64,000 nt of DNA from assembly GCF_036365525.1 (NCBI RefSeq), contig NC_090378.1:120947593-121011592 (forward strand). The letters are read 5' to 3'. The notes below the pieces were generated by a model. That model did no database searches. It was given only the letters and a program-made list of their open reading frames with translations, and was not told the DNA's origin. The stretch comes from Heterodontus francisci. Its lineage: Eukaryota. The position numbers were made by a program, and so were the translations under genes. How positions within the stretch are numbered: the stretch's first letter is position 1; each line of letters starts with the position of its first letter. Shown piece after piece: positions 1 through 15,000 of the stretch.

Positions 1-3000
1 TTACACAGACTGGATTGTGAAGTGTGATGTACCTGAGTACACAGACCAGATTGTGAAGTGTGATTTTCCTGAGTGCACAGACTGGATTGTGAAGTGTGAT
101 GTACCTGAGTACACAGACTGGATTGTGAAGTGTGATGTATCTGAGTACACAGACCAGATTGTAATGTGTGATGTACCTGTGTACACAGACTGGATTGTGA
201 AGTGTGTTGTACCTGAGTACACAGACCAGATTGTGAAGTGTGATGAATCTGAGTACACAGACCAGATTGTGAATTGTGATGCACTTGAGTACACGGATTG
301 GATTTTGAAGTCTGATGTACCTCAGTACACAGACTGGATTGTGAAGTGTGATTTTCCTGAGTACACAGACCGGATTGTGAAGTGTGATGTACCTGAGTAC
401 TCAGACTGGATTGTGAAGTGTGATTTTCCTGAGTACACAGACTGGATTGTGAAGTGTGATGTACCTGAGTACACAGACTGGATTGTGAAGTGTGATGTAC
501 CTGAGTACACAGACTGGATTGTGAAGTGTGATGTATCTGAGTACACAGACCAGATTGTAATGTGTGATGTACCTGTCTACTCAGACTGGATTGTGACGTG
601 TGATGTAGCTGAGTACACAGACTGGATTGTGAAGTGTGATGTACCTGAGTACACAGACCGGATTGTGAAGTATGATGTACCTGAGTACTCAGACTGGATT
701 GTGAAGTGTGATGTACCTGAGTACTCAGACTGGATTGTGAAGTGTGATTTTCCTGAGTACACAGACCGGATTGTGAAGTGTGATGTATCTGAGTACACAG
801 ACTGGATTGTGAAGTGTGATGTACTTGAGTAAACAGACTGGATTGTGAAGTCTGATGTACCTGAGTGCACAGACTTGATTGTGAAGTGTGATGTACCTGA
901 GTACACAGACTTGATTGTGAAGTGTGATGTCCCTGAGTGCACTGACCGGATTGTGAAGTGTGATTTACCGGAGTACACAGACTGGATTGATAAGTGTGAT
1001 GTACCTGAGTACACAGACTGGATTGTGAAGTGTGATGTACCTGAATACACAGACTGGATTTTGAAGTGTGATGTATCTGAGTGCACAGACTTGATTGTGA
1101 AGTGTGATGTACCTGAGTACACAGACTTGATTGTGAAGTGTGATGTACCTGAGTACACAGACTGGATTCTGAAGTGTGCTGCAGATGAGTGCACAGACTG
1201 GATTGTGAAGTGTGATGTATCTGAGTGCACAGAGCGAATGTGAAGTGTGATGTACCTGAGTACACAGACTGGATTGTGACGTGTGATGTATCGGAGTACA
1301 CAGACTGGATTCTGAAGTGTTATGTAGCTGAATACACAGACTGGATTGTGAAGTGTGATGTACCTGAGTTCACAGACTCGATTGTGAAGTGTGATGTCCC
1401 TGAGTACACAGACTGGATTGTGAAGTGTGATATACCTGAGTACACAGACTAGATTCTGAAGTGTTATGTACCTGATTGCACAGACTTGATTCTGAAGTGT
1501 GATGCAACTGATTACACAGACTGGATTGTGAAGTGTGATGTACCTGAGTACACAGACTAGATTCTGAAGTGTGATGCACCTGAGTACACAGACCGGATTC
1601 TGAAGTGTGATGTACGAGAGTACACAGACTGGATTGTGAAGTCTGTTGTACCTGAGTACACAGACCAGAATCTGAAGTATGATTTACCTGTGTACACAGA
1701 CTGGATTGTGAAGTGTGATGTACCTGAATACACAGACCGGATTGTGAAATGTGATGTTTCTAAGTACACAGACTGGATTGTGAAGTGTGATGTACCTGAG
1801 TACACGGATTGGATTGTGAAGTGTGATGTACCTGAGAACACAGACTAGATTCTGAAGTGTGATGCACCTGAGTACACAGACCGGATTCTGAAGTGTGATG
1901 TACGAGAGTACACAGACTGGATTGTGAAGTGTGATATATCGGAGTACACAGACTAGATTCTGAAGTGTGATTTACCTGTGTACACAGACTGGATTGTGAA
2001 GTGTGATGTACCTGAGTACACAGACTAGAATCTGAAGTGTGATGTACCTGAGTACACAGACTGGATTGTGAAGTGTGATGTAGCTGAGTACACAGACTGG
2101 ATTGTGAAGTGTGATGTATCTGAGTACACAGACCAGATTGTAATGTGTGATGTACCTGTGTACACAGACTGGATTGTGAAGTGTGTTGTACCTGAGTACA
2201 CAGACCAGATTGTGAAGTGTGATGAATCTGAGTACACAGACCAGATTGTGAATTGTGATGCACTTGAGTACACGGATTGGATTTTGAAGTCTGATGTACC
2301 TGAGTACACAGACTGGATTGTGAAGTGTGATTTTCCTGAGTACACAGACTGGATTGTGAAGTGTGATGTACCTGAGTGCACAGACCGGATTGTGAAGTGT
2401 GATGTACCTGAGTACTCAGACTGGATTGTGAAGTGTGATTTTCCTGAGTACACAGACCGGATTGTAATGTGTGATGTACCTGTCTACACAGACTGGATTG
2501 TGAAGTGTGATGTAGCTGAGTACACAGACCAGATTGTGAAGTGTGATGTATCTGAGTACACAGACTGGATTGTGAAGTGTGATGTACTTGAGTAAACAGA
2601 CTGGATTGTGAAGTGTGATGTACCTGAGTGCACTGACCGGATTGTGAAGTGTGATTTACCGGAGTACACAGACTGGACTGTGAAGTGTGATGTACCTGAG
2701 TACACAGACTGGATTGTGAAGTGTGATGTACCTGAATACACAGACTGGATTGTGAAGTGTGATGTATCTGAGTGCACAGACTTGATTGTGAAGTGTGATT
2801 TACCTGATTACGCAGACTGGATTGTGAAGTGTGATGTACCTGAGTACACAGACCTGATTGTGAAGTGTGATGTACCTGAGTACACAGACTGGATTCTGAA
2901 GTGTGCTGCAGATGAGTGCACAGACTGGATTGTGATGTGTGATGTATCTGAGTGCACAGAGCGAATGTGAAGTGTGATGTACCTGAGTACACAGACTGGA

Positions 3001-6000
3001 TTGTGACGTGTGATGTATCGGAGTACACAGACTGGATTCTGAAGTGTTATGTAGCTGAATACACAGACTGGATTGTGAAGTGTGATGTACCTGAGTTCAC
3101 AGACTCGATTGTGAAGTGTGATGTCCCTGAGTACACAGACTGGATTGTGAAGTGTGATATACCTGAGTACACAGACTGGATTGTGAAGTGTGATGTCCCT
3201 GAGTACACAGACTGGATTGTGAAGTGTGATTTTCCTGAGTGCACAGACTGGATTGTGAAGTGTGATGTACCTGAGTACACGGACTGGATTGTGAAGTGTG
3301 ATGTACTTGAGTACACAGACTGGATTGTGAAGTGTGATGTATCTGATTACACAGACTGGATTGTGAAGTGTGATGTACCTGAGTACACAGACCAGATTGT
3401 GAAGTCTGATTTTCCTGAGTGCACAGACTGGATTGTGAAGTGTGATGTACCTGAGTACACAGACTGGATTGTGAAGTGTGATGTATCTGAGTACACAGAC
3501 CAGATTGTAATGTGTGATGTACCTGTGTACACAGACTGGATTGTGAAGTGTGTTGTACCTGAGTACACAGACCAGATTGTGAAGTGTGATGAATCTGAGT
3601 ACACAGACCAGATTGTGAATTGTGATGCACTTGAGTACACGGATTGGATTTTGAAGTCTGATGTACCTCAGTACACAGACTGGATTGTGAAGTGTGATTT
3701 TCCTGAGTACACAGACCGGATTGTGAAGTGTGATGTACCTGAGTACTCAGACTGGATTGTGAAGTGTGATTTTCCTGAGTACACAGACTGGATTGTGAAG
3801 TGTGATGTACCTGAGTACACAGACTGGATTGTGAAGTGTGATGTACCTGAGTACACAGACTGGATTGTGAAGTGTGATGTATCTGAGTACACAGACCAGA
3901 TTGTAATGTGTGATGTACCTGTCTACACAGACTGGATTGTGAAGTGTGATGTAGCTGAGTACACAGACTGGATTGTGAAGTGTGATGTACCTGAGTACAC
4001 AGACCGGATTGTGAAGTGTGATGTACCTGAGTACTCAGACTGGATTGTGAAGTGTGATGTACCTGAGTACTCAGACTGGATTGTGAAGTGTGATTTTCCT
4101 GAGTACACAGACCGGATTGTAATGTGTGATGTACCTGTCTACACATACTGGATTGTGAAGTGTGATGTAGCTGAGTACACATACCAGATTGTGAAGTGTG
4201 ATGTATCTGAGTACACAGACTGGATTGTGAAGTGTGATGTACTTGAGTAAACAGACTGGATTGTGAAGTCTGATGTACCTGAGTGCACAGACTTGATTGT
4301 GAAGTGTGATGTACCTGAGTACACAGACTTGATTGTGAAGTGTGATGTCCCTGAGTGCACTGACCGGATTGTGAAGTGTGATTTACCGGAGTACACAGAC
4401 TGGATTGATAAGTGTGATGTACCTGAGTACACAGACTGGATTGTGAAGTGTGATGTACCTGAATACACAGACTGGATTTTGAAGTGTGATGTATCTGAGT
4501 GCACAGACTTGATTGTGAAGTGTGATGTACCTGAGTACACAGACTTGATTGTGAAGTGTGATGTACCTGAGTACACAGACTGGATTCTGAAGTGTGCTGC
4601 AGATGAGTGCACAGACTGGATTGTGAAGTGTGATGTATCTGAGTGCACAGAGCGAATGTGAAGTGTGATGTACCTGAGTACACAGACTGGATTGTGACGT
4701 GTGATGTATCGGAGTACACAGACTGGATTCTGAAGTGTTATGTAGCTGAATACACAGACTGGATTGTGAAGTGTGATGTACCTGAGTTCACAGACTCGAT
4801 TGAGAAGTGTGATGTCCCTGAGTACACAGACTGGATTGTGAAGTGTGATATACCTGAGTACACAGACTAGATTCTGAAGTGTTATGTACCTGATTGCACA
4901 GACTTGATTCTGAAGTGTGATGCAACTGATTACACAGACTGGATTGTGAAGTGTGATGTACCTGAGTACACAGACTAGATTCTGAAGTGTGATGCACCTG
5001 AGTACACAGACCGGATTCTGAAGTGTGATGTACGAGAGTACACAGACTGGATTGTGAAGTCTGTTGTACCTGAGTACACAGACCAGAATCTGAAGTATGA
5101 TTTACCTGTGTACACAGACTGGATTGTGAAGTGTGATGTACCTGAATACACAGACCGGATTGTGAAATGTGATGTTTCTAAGTACACAGACTGGATTGTG
5201 AAGTGTGATGTACCTGAGTACACGGATTGGATTGTGAAGTGTGATGTACCTGAGAACACAGACTAGATTCTGAAGTGTGATGCACCTGAGTACACAGACC
5301 GGATTCTGAAGAGTGATGTACGAGAGTACACAGACTGGATTGTGAAGTGTGATATATCGGAGTACACAGACTAGATTCTGAAGTGTGATTTACCTGTGTA
5401 CACAGACTGGATTGTGAAGTGTGATGTACCTGAGTACACAGACTAGAATCTGAAGTGTGATGTACCTGAGTAGACAGACTGGATTGTGAAGTGTGATGTA
5501 GCTGAGTACACAGACTGGATTGTGAAGTGTGATGTATCTGAGTACACAGACCAGATTGTAATGTGTGATGTACCTGTGTACACAGACTGGATTGTGAAGT
5601 GTGTTGTACCTGAGTACACAGACCAGATTGTGAAGTGTGATGAATCTGAGTACACAGACCAGATTGTGAATTGTGATGCACTTGAGTACACGGATTGGAT
5701 TTTGAAGTCTGATGTACCTGAGTACACAGACTGGATTGTGAAGTGTGATTTTCCTGAGTACACAGACTGGATTGTGAAGTGTGATGTACCTGAGTGCACA
5801 GACCGGATTGTGAAGTGTGATGTACCTGAGTACTCAGACTGGATTGTGAAGTGTGATTTTCCTGAGTACACAGACCGGATTGTAATGTGTGATGTACCTG
5901 TCTACACAGACTGGATTGTGAAGTGTGATGTAGCTGAGTACACAGACCAGATTGTGAAGTGTGATGTATCTGAGTACACAGACTGGATTGTGAAGTGTGA

Positions 6001-9000
6001 TGTACTTGAGTAAACAGACTGGATTGTGAAGTGTGATGTACCTGAGTGCACTGACCGGATTGTGAAGTGTGATTTACCGGAGTACACAGACTGGACTGTG
6101 AAGTGTGATGTACCTGAGTACACAGACTGGATTGTGAAGTGTGATGTACCTGAATACACAGACTGGATTGTGAAGTGTGATGTATCTGAGTGCACAGACT
6201 TGATTGTGAAGTGTGATTTACCTGATTACGCAGACTGGATTGTGAAGTGTGATGTACCTGAGTACACAGACCTGATTGTGAAGTGTGATGTACCTGAGTA
6301 CACAGACTGGATTCTGAAGTGTGCTGCAGATGAGTGCACAGACTGGATTGTGATGTGTGATGTATCTGAGTGCACAGAGCGAATGTGAAGTGTGATGTAC
6401 CTGAGTACACAGACTGGATTGTGACGTGTGATGTATCGGAGTACACAGACTGGATTCTGAAGTGTTATGTAGCTGAATACACAGACTGGATTGTGAAGTG
6501 TGATGTACCTGAGTTCACAGACTCGATTGTGAAGTGTGATGTCCCTGAGTACACAGACTGGATTGTGAAGTGTGATATACCTGAGTACACAGACTAGATT
6601 CTGAAGTGTTATGTACCTGCGTACACAGACTGGATTGTGAAGTCTGTTGTACCTGAGTACACAGACCAGAATCTGAAGTATGATTTACCTGTGTACACAG
6701 ACTGGATTGTGAAGTGTGATGTACCTGAATACACGGACTGGATTGTGAAGTGTGATGTACCTGAGTACACAGACCAGATTGTGAAGTGTGATGAATCTGA
6801 GTACACAGACCAGATTGTGAAGTGTGATGCACTTGAGTACACGGATTGGATTTTGAAGTGTGATGTACCTGAGGACACAGACTGGATTGTGAAGTGTGAT
6901 TTTCCTGAGTACACAGACTGGACTGTGAAGTGTGATGTACTTGAGTACACAGACCGGATTGTGAAGTGTGATGTACCTGAGGACTCAGACTGGATTGTGA
7001 AGTGTGATTTTCCTGAGTACACAGACTGGATTGTGAAGTGTGATGTAGCTGAGTACACAGACCAGATTGTGAAGTGTGATGTATCTGAGTACACAGCCTG
7101 GATTGGGAAGTGTGATGTACTTGAGTAAACAGACTGGATTGTGAAGTGTGATGTACCTGAGTGCACTGACCGGATTGTGAAGTGTGATTTACCGGAGTAA
7201 ACAGACTGGATTGATAAGTGTGATGTACCTGAGTACACAGACTAGAATCTGAAGTGTGATGTACCTGAGTACACAGACTGGATTGTGAAGTGTGATGTAG
7301 CTGAGTACACAGACTGGATTGTGAAGTGTGATGTATCTGAGTACACAGACCAGATTGTAATGTGTGATGTACCTGTGTACACAGACTGGATTGTGAAGTG
7401 TGTTGTACCTGAGTACACAGACCAGATTGTGAAGTGTGATGAATCTGAGTACACAGACCAGATTGTGAATTGTGATGCACTTGAGTACACGGATTGGATT
7501 TTGAAGTCTGATGTACCTGAGTACACAGACTGGATTGTGAAGTGTGATTTTCCTGAGTACACAGACTGGATTGTGAAGTGTGATGTACCTGAGTGCACAG
7601 ACCGGATTGTGAAGTGTGATGTACCTGAGTACTCAGACTGGATTGTGAAGTGTGATTTTCCTGAGTACACAGACCGGATTGTAATGTGTGATGTACCTGT
7701 CTACACAGACTGGATTGTGAAGTGTGATGTAGCTGAGTACACAGACCAGATTGTGAAGTGTGATGTATCTGAGTACACAGACTGGATTGTGAAGTGTGAT
7801 GTACTTGAGTAAACAGACTGGATTGTGAAGTGTGATGTACCTGAGTGCACTGACCGGATTGTGAAGTGTGATTTACCGGAGTACACAGACTGGACTGTGA
7901 AGTGTGATGTACCTGAGTACACAGACTGGATTGTGAAGTGTGATGTACCTGAATACACAGACTGGATTGTGAAGTGTGATGTATCTGAGTGCACAGACTT
8001 GATTGTGAAGTGTGATTTACCTGATTACGCAGACTGGATTGTGAAGTGTGATGTACCTGAGTACACAGACCAGATTGTGAAGTGTGATGTACCTGAGTAC
8101 ACAGACTGGATTCTGAAGTGTGCTGCAGATGAGTGCACAGACTGGATTGTGATGTGTGATGTATCTGAGTGCACAGAGCGAATGTGAAGTGTGATGTACC
8201 TGAGTACACAGACTGGATTGTGACGTGTGATGTATCGGAGTACACAGACTGGATTCTGAAGTGTTATGTAGCTGAATACACGGACTGGATTGTGAAGTGT
8301 GATGTACCTGAGTACACAGACCAGATTGTGAAGTGTGATGAATGACTCGATTGTGAAGTGTGATGTCCCTGAGTACACAGACTGGATTGTGAAGTGTGAT
8401 ATACCTGAGTACACAGACTAGATTCTGAAGTGTTATGTACCTGCGTACACAGACTGGATTGTGAAGTCTGTTGTACCTGATTACACAGACCAGAATCTGA
8501 AGTATGATTTACCTGTGTACACAGACTGGATTGTGAAGTGTGATGTACCTGAATACACGGACTGGATTGTGAAGTGTGATGTACCTGAGTACACAGACCA
8601 GATTGTGAAGTGTGATGAATCTGAGTACACAGACCAGATTGTGAAGTGTGATGCACTTGAGTACACGGATTGGATTTTGAAGTGTGATGTACCTGAGGAC
8701 ACAGACTGGATTGTGAAGTGTGATTTTCCTGAGTACACAGACTGGACTGTGAAGTGTGATGTACCTGAGTACACAGACCGGATTGTGAAGTGTGATGTAC
8801 CTGAGGACTCAGACTGGATTGTGAAGTGTGATTTTCTTGAGTACACAGACTGGATTGTGAAGTGTGATGTAGCTGAGTACACAGACCAGATTGTGAAGTG
8901 TGATGTATCTGAGTACACAGCCTGGATTGTGAAGTGTGATGAACTTGAGTAAACAGACTGGATTGTGAAGTGTGATGTACCTGAGTGCACTGACCGGATT

Positions 9001-12000
9001 GTGAAGTGTGATTTACCGGAGTAAACAGACTGGATTGATAAGTGTGATGTACCTGAGTACACAGACTGGATTGTGAAGTGTGATGTACCTGAATACACAG
9101 ACTGGATTGTGAAGTGTGATGTACCTGAGTACACAGACTGGATTGTGACGTGTGATGTATCGGAGTACACAGACTGGATTCTGAAGTGTGATGTAGCTGA
9201 ATACACAGACTGGATTGTGAAGTGTGATGTACCTGAGTGCACTGACCGGATTGTGAAGTGTGATTTACCGGAGTACACAGACTGGACTGTGAAGTGTGAT
9301 GTACCTGAGTACACAGACTGGATTGTGAAGTGTGATGTACCTGAATACACAGACTGGATTGTGAAGTGTGATGTATCTGAGTGCACAGACTTGATTGTGA
9401 AGTGTGATTTACCTGATTACGCAGACTGGATTGTGAAGTGTGATGTACCTGAGTACACAGACCTGATTGTGAAGTGTGATGTACCTGAGTACACAGACTG
9501 GATTCTGAAGTGTGCTGCAGATGAGTGCACAGACTGGATTGTGATGTGTGATGTATCTGAGTGCACAGAGCGAATGTGAAGTGTGATGTACCTGAGTACA
9601 CAGACTGGATTGTGACGTGTGATGTATCGGAGTACACAGACTGGATTCTGAAGTGTTATGTAGCTGAATACACAGACTGGATTGTGAAGTGTGATGTACC
9701 TGAGTTCACAGACTTGATTGTGAAGTGTGATGTCCCTGAGTACACAGACTGGATTGTGAAGTGTGATATACCTGAGTATACAGACTAGATTCTGAAGTGT
9801 TATGTACCTGCGTACACAGACTGGATTGTGAAGTCTGTTGTACCTGAGTACACAGACCAGAATCTGAAGTATGATTTACCTGTGTACACAGACTGGATTG
9901 TGAAGTGTGATGTACCTGAATACACGGACTGGATTGTGAAGTGTGATGTACCTGAGTACACAGACCAGATTGTGAAGTGTGATGAATCTGAGTATACAGA
10001 CCAGATTGTGAAGTGTGATGCACTTGAGTACACGGATTGGATTTTGAAGTGTGATGTACCTGAGGACACAGACTGGATTGTGAAGTGTGATTTTCCTGAG
10101 TACACAGACTGGATTGTGAAGTGTGATGTACCTGAGTACACAGACTAGAATCTGAAGTCTGATGTACCTGAGTACACAGACTGGATTGTGAAGTGTGATG
10201 TAGCTGAGTACACAGACTGGATTGTGAAGTGTGATGTATCTGAGTACACAGACCAGATTGTAATGTGTGATGTACCTGTGTACACAGACTGGATTGTGAA
10301 GTGTGTTGTACCTGAGTACACAGACCAGATTGTGAAATGTGATGAATCTGAGTACACAGACCAGATTGTGAATTGTGATGCACTTGAGTACACGGATTGG
10401 ATTTTGAAGTCTGATGTACCTGAGTACACAGACTGGATTGTGAAGTGTGATTTTCCTGAGTACACAGACTGGATTGTGAAGTGTGATGTACCTGAGTGCA
10501 CAGACCGGATTGTGAAGTGTGATGTACCTGAGTACTCAGACTGGATTGATAAGTGTGATGTACCTGAGTACACAGACTGGATTGTGAAGTGTGATGTACC
10601 TGAATACACAGACTGGATTGTGAAGTGTGATGTACCTGAATACACAGACTGGATTGTGACGTGTGATGTATCGGAGTACACAGACTGGATTCTGAAGTGT
10701 GATGTAGCTGAATACACAGACTGGATTGTGAAGTGTGATGTACCTGAGTGCACTGACCGGATTGTGAAGTGTGATTTACCGGAGTACACAGACTGGACTG
10801 TGAAGTGTGATGTACCTGAGTACACAGACTGGATTGTGAAGTGTGATGTACCTGAATACACAGACTGGATTGTGAAGTGTGATGTATCTGAGTGCACAGA
10901 CTTGATTGTGAAGTGTGATTTACCTGATTACGCAGACTGGATTGTGAAGTGTGATGTACCTGAGTACACAGACCTGATTGTGAAGTGTGATGTACCTGAG
11001 TACACAGACTGGATTCTGAAGTGTGCTGCAGATGAGTGCACAGACTGGATTGTGATGTGTGATGTATCTGAGTGCACAGAGCGAATGTGAAGTGTGATGT
11101 ACCTGAGTACACAGACTGGATTGTGACGTGTGATGTATCGGAGTACACAGACTGGATTCTGAAGTGTTATGTAGCTGAATACACAGACTGGATTGTGAAG
11201 TGTGATGTACCTGAGTTCACAGACTCGATTGTGAAGTGTGATGTCCCTGAGTACACAGACTGGATTGTGAAGTGTGATATACCTGAGTATACAGACTAGA
11301 TTCTGAAGTGTTATGTACCTGCGTACACAGACTGGATTGTGAAGTCTGTTGTACCTGAGTACACAGACCAGAATCTGAAGTATGATTTACCTGTGTACAC
11401 AGACTGGATTGTGAAGTGTGATGTACCTGAATACACGGACTGGATTGTGAAGTGTGATGTACCTGAGTACACAGACCAGATTGTGAAGTGTGATGAATCT
11501 GAGTTCACAGACCAGATTGTGAAGTGTGATGCACTTGAGTACACGGATTGGATTTTGAAGTGTGATGTACCTGAGGACACAGACTGGATTGTGAAGTGTG
11601 ATTTTCCTGAGTACACAGACTGGACTGTGAAGTGTGATGTACCTGAGTACACAGATCGGATTGTGAAGTGTGATGTACCTGAGGACTCAGACTGGATTGT
11701 GAAGTGTGATTTTCCTGAGTACACAGACTGGATTGTGAAGTGTGATGTAGCTGAGTACACAGACCAGATTGTGAAGTGTGATGTATCTGAGTGCACAGCC
11801 TGGATTGTGAAGTGTGATGTACTTGAGTAAACAGACTGGATTGTGAAGTGTGATGTACCTGAGTGCACTGACCGGATTGTGAAGTGTGATTTACCGGAGT
11901 AAACAGACTGGATTGATAAGTGTGATGTACCTGAGTACACAGACTGGATTGTGAAGTGTGATGTACCTGAATACACAGACTGGATTGTGAAGTGTGATGT

Positions 12001-15000
12001 ACCTGAGTACACAGACTGGATTGTGAAGTGTGATGTTCCTGAGTACACAGACTGGATTCTGAAGTGCGATGTAGCTGAATACACAGACTGGATTGTGAAG
12101 TGTGATGTACCTGAGTTTACAGACTCGATTGTGAAGTGTGATGTCCCTGAGTACACAGACTGGATTGTGAAGTGTGATGTACCTGAGTACACAGACTAGA
12201 TTCTGAAGTGTTATGTACCTGCGTACACAGACTGGATTGTGAAGTCTGTTGTACCTGAGTACACAGACCAGAATCTGAAGTGTGATTTACCTGTGTACAC
12301 AGACTGGATTGTGAAGTGTGATGTACCTGAGTACACAGACTGGATTGTGAAGTGTGATGTAAATGAGTACACAGACCGGATTGTGAAGTGTTATGTTTCT
12401 AAGTACACAGACTTGATTCTGAAGTGCGATGCACCTGATTACACAGACTGGATTGTGAAGTGTGATGTACCTGAGAACACAGACTAGATTCTGAAGTGTG
12501 ATGCACCTGAGTACACAGACCGGATTCTGAAGTGTGATGTACGAGAGTACACAGACTGGATTGTGAAGTGTGATATATCGGAGTACACAGACTAGATTCT
12601 GAAGTGTGATTTACCTGTGTACACAGACCAGATTGTGATGTGTGATGTATCTGAGTACACAGACTGGATTGTGAAGTGTGATGTATCTGAGGACACAGAC
12701 TGGATTGTGAAGTGTGATGTACCTGAGTACACAGACTTGATTGTGAAGTGTGATGTACCTGAGTACACAGACTGGATTGTGAAGTGTGATGTACCTGAGT
12801 ACTCAGACTGGATTGTGAAGTGTGATTTTCCTGAGTACACAGACTGGATTGTGAAGTGTGATGTACCTGAGTACACAGACTGGATTGTGAAGTGTGATGT
12901 AGCTGAGTACACAGACTGGATTGTGAAATGTGATGTATCTGAGTACACAGACCAGATTGTAATGTGTGATGTACCTGTGTACACAGACTGGATTGTGAAG
13001 TGTGATGTACCTGAGTACACAGACCGGATTGTGAAGTGTGATGTACCTGAGTACACAGACTGGATTGTGAAGTGTGATGTATCTGAGTACACAGACCAGA
13101 TTGTAATGTGTGATGTACCTGTGTACACAGACTGGATTGTGAAGTGTGTTGTACCTGAGTACACAGACCAGATTGTGAAGTGTGATGAATCTGAGTACAC
13201 AGACCAGATTGTGAATTGTGATGCACTTGAGTAAACAGACTGGATTGTGAAGTGTGATGTACCTGAGTGCACTGACCGGATTGTGAAGTGTGATTTACCG
13301 GAGTACACAGACTGGATTGATAAGTGTGATGTACCTGAGTACACAGACTGGATTGTGAAGTGTGATGTACCTGAATACACAGACTGGATTGTGAAGTGTG
13401 ATGTACCTGAGTGCACTGACCGGATTGTGAAGTGTGATTTACCGGAGTACACAGACTGGATTGATAAGTGTGATGTACCTGAGTACACAGACTGGATTGT
13501 GAAGTGTGATGTACCTGAATACACAGACTGGATTGTGAAGTGTGATGTATCTGAGTGCACAGACTTGATTGTGAAGTGTGATTTACCTGATTACGCAGAC
13601 TGGATTGTGAAGTGTGATGTACCTGAGTACACAGACTTGATTGTGAAGTGTGATGTACCTGAGTACACAGACTGGATTCTGAAGTGTGCTGCAGATGAGT
13701 GCACAGACTGGATTGTGATGTGTGATGTATCTGAGTGCACAGAGCGAATGTGAAGTGTGATGTCCCTGAGTACACAGACTGGATTGTGACGTGTGATGTA
13801 TCGGAGTACACAGACTGGATTCTGAAGTGTTATGTAGCTGAATACACAGACTGGATTGTGAAGTGTGATGTATCTGAGTACACAGACCAGATTGTAATGT
13901 GTGATGTACCTGTCTACACAGAATGGATTGTGAAATGTGATGTATCTGAGTACACAGACCAGATTGTAATGTGTGATGTACCTGTGTACACAGACTGGAT
14001 TGTGAAGTGTGATGTACCTGAGTACACAGACCGGATTGTGAAGTGTGATGTACCTGAGTACTCAGACTGGATTGTGAAGTGTGATTTTCCTGAGTGCACA
14101 GACTGGATTGTGAAGTGTGATGTACCTGAGTACACAGACTGGATTGTGAAGTGTGATGTATCTGAGTACACAGACCAGATTGTAATGTGTGATGTACCTG
14201 TGTACACAGACTGGATTGTGAAGTGTGTTGTACCTGAGTACACAGACTGGATTGTGAAGTGTGATGTACCTGAGTACACAGACTGGATTGTGAAGTGTGA
14301 TGTATCTGAGTACACAGACCAGATTGTAATGTGTGATGTACCTGTGTACACAGACTGGATTGTGAAGTGTGTTGTACCTGAGTACACAGACCAGATTGTG
14401 AATTGTGAAGCACTTGAGTACACGGATTGGATTTTGAAGTCTGATGTACCTGAGTCCACAGACTGGATTGTGAAGTGTGATTTTCCTGAGTACACAGACT
14501 GGATTGTGACGTGTGATGTATCGGAGTACACAGACTGGATTCTGAAGTGTTATGTAGCTGAATACACAGACTGGATTGTGAAGTGTGATGTACCTGAGTT
14601 CACAGACTCGATTGTGAAGTGTGATGTCCCTGAGTACACAGACTGGATTGTGAAGTGTGATATACCTGAGTATACAGACTAGATTCTGAAGTGTTATGTA
14701 CCTGCGTACACAGACTGGATTGTGAAGTCTGTTGTACCTGAGTACACAGACCAGAATCTGAAGTATGATTTACCTGTGTACACAGACTGGATTGTGAAGT
14801 GTGATGTACCTGAATACACGGACTGGATTGTGAAGTGTGATGTACCTGAGTACACAGACCAGATTGTGAAGTGTGATGAATCTGAGTACACAGACCAGAT
14901 TGTGAAGTGTGATGCACCTGAGTACACGGATTGGATTTTGAAGTGTGATGTACCTGAGGACACAGACTGGATTGTGAAGTGTGATTTTCCTGAGTACACA

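Noticed and set aside
8335-8350. Non-repeat insertion in the satellite (GATGAATGACTCG)
   Set aside because: Explained by an 11-bp deletion within one monomer; no foreign sequence.
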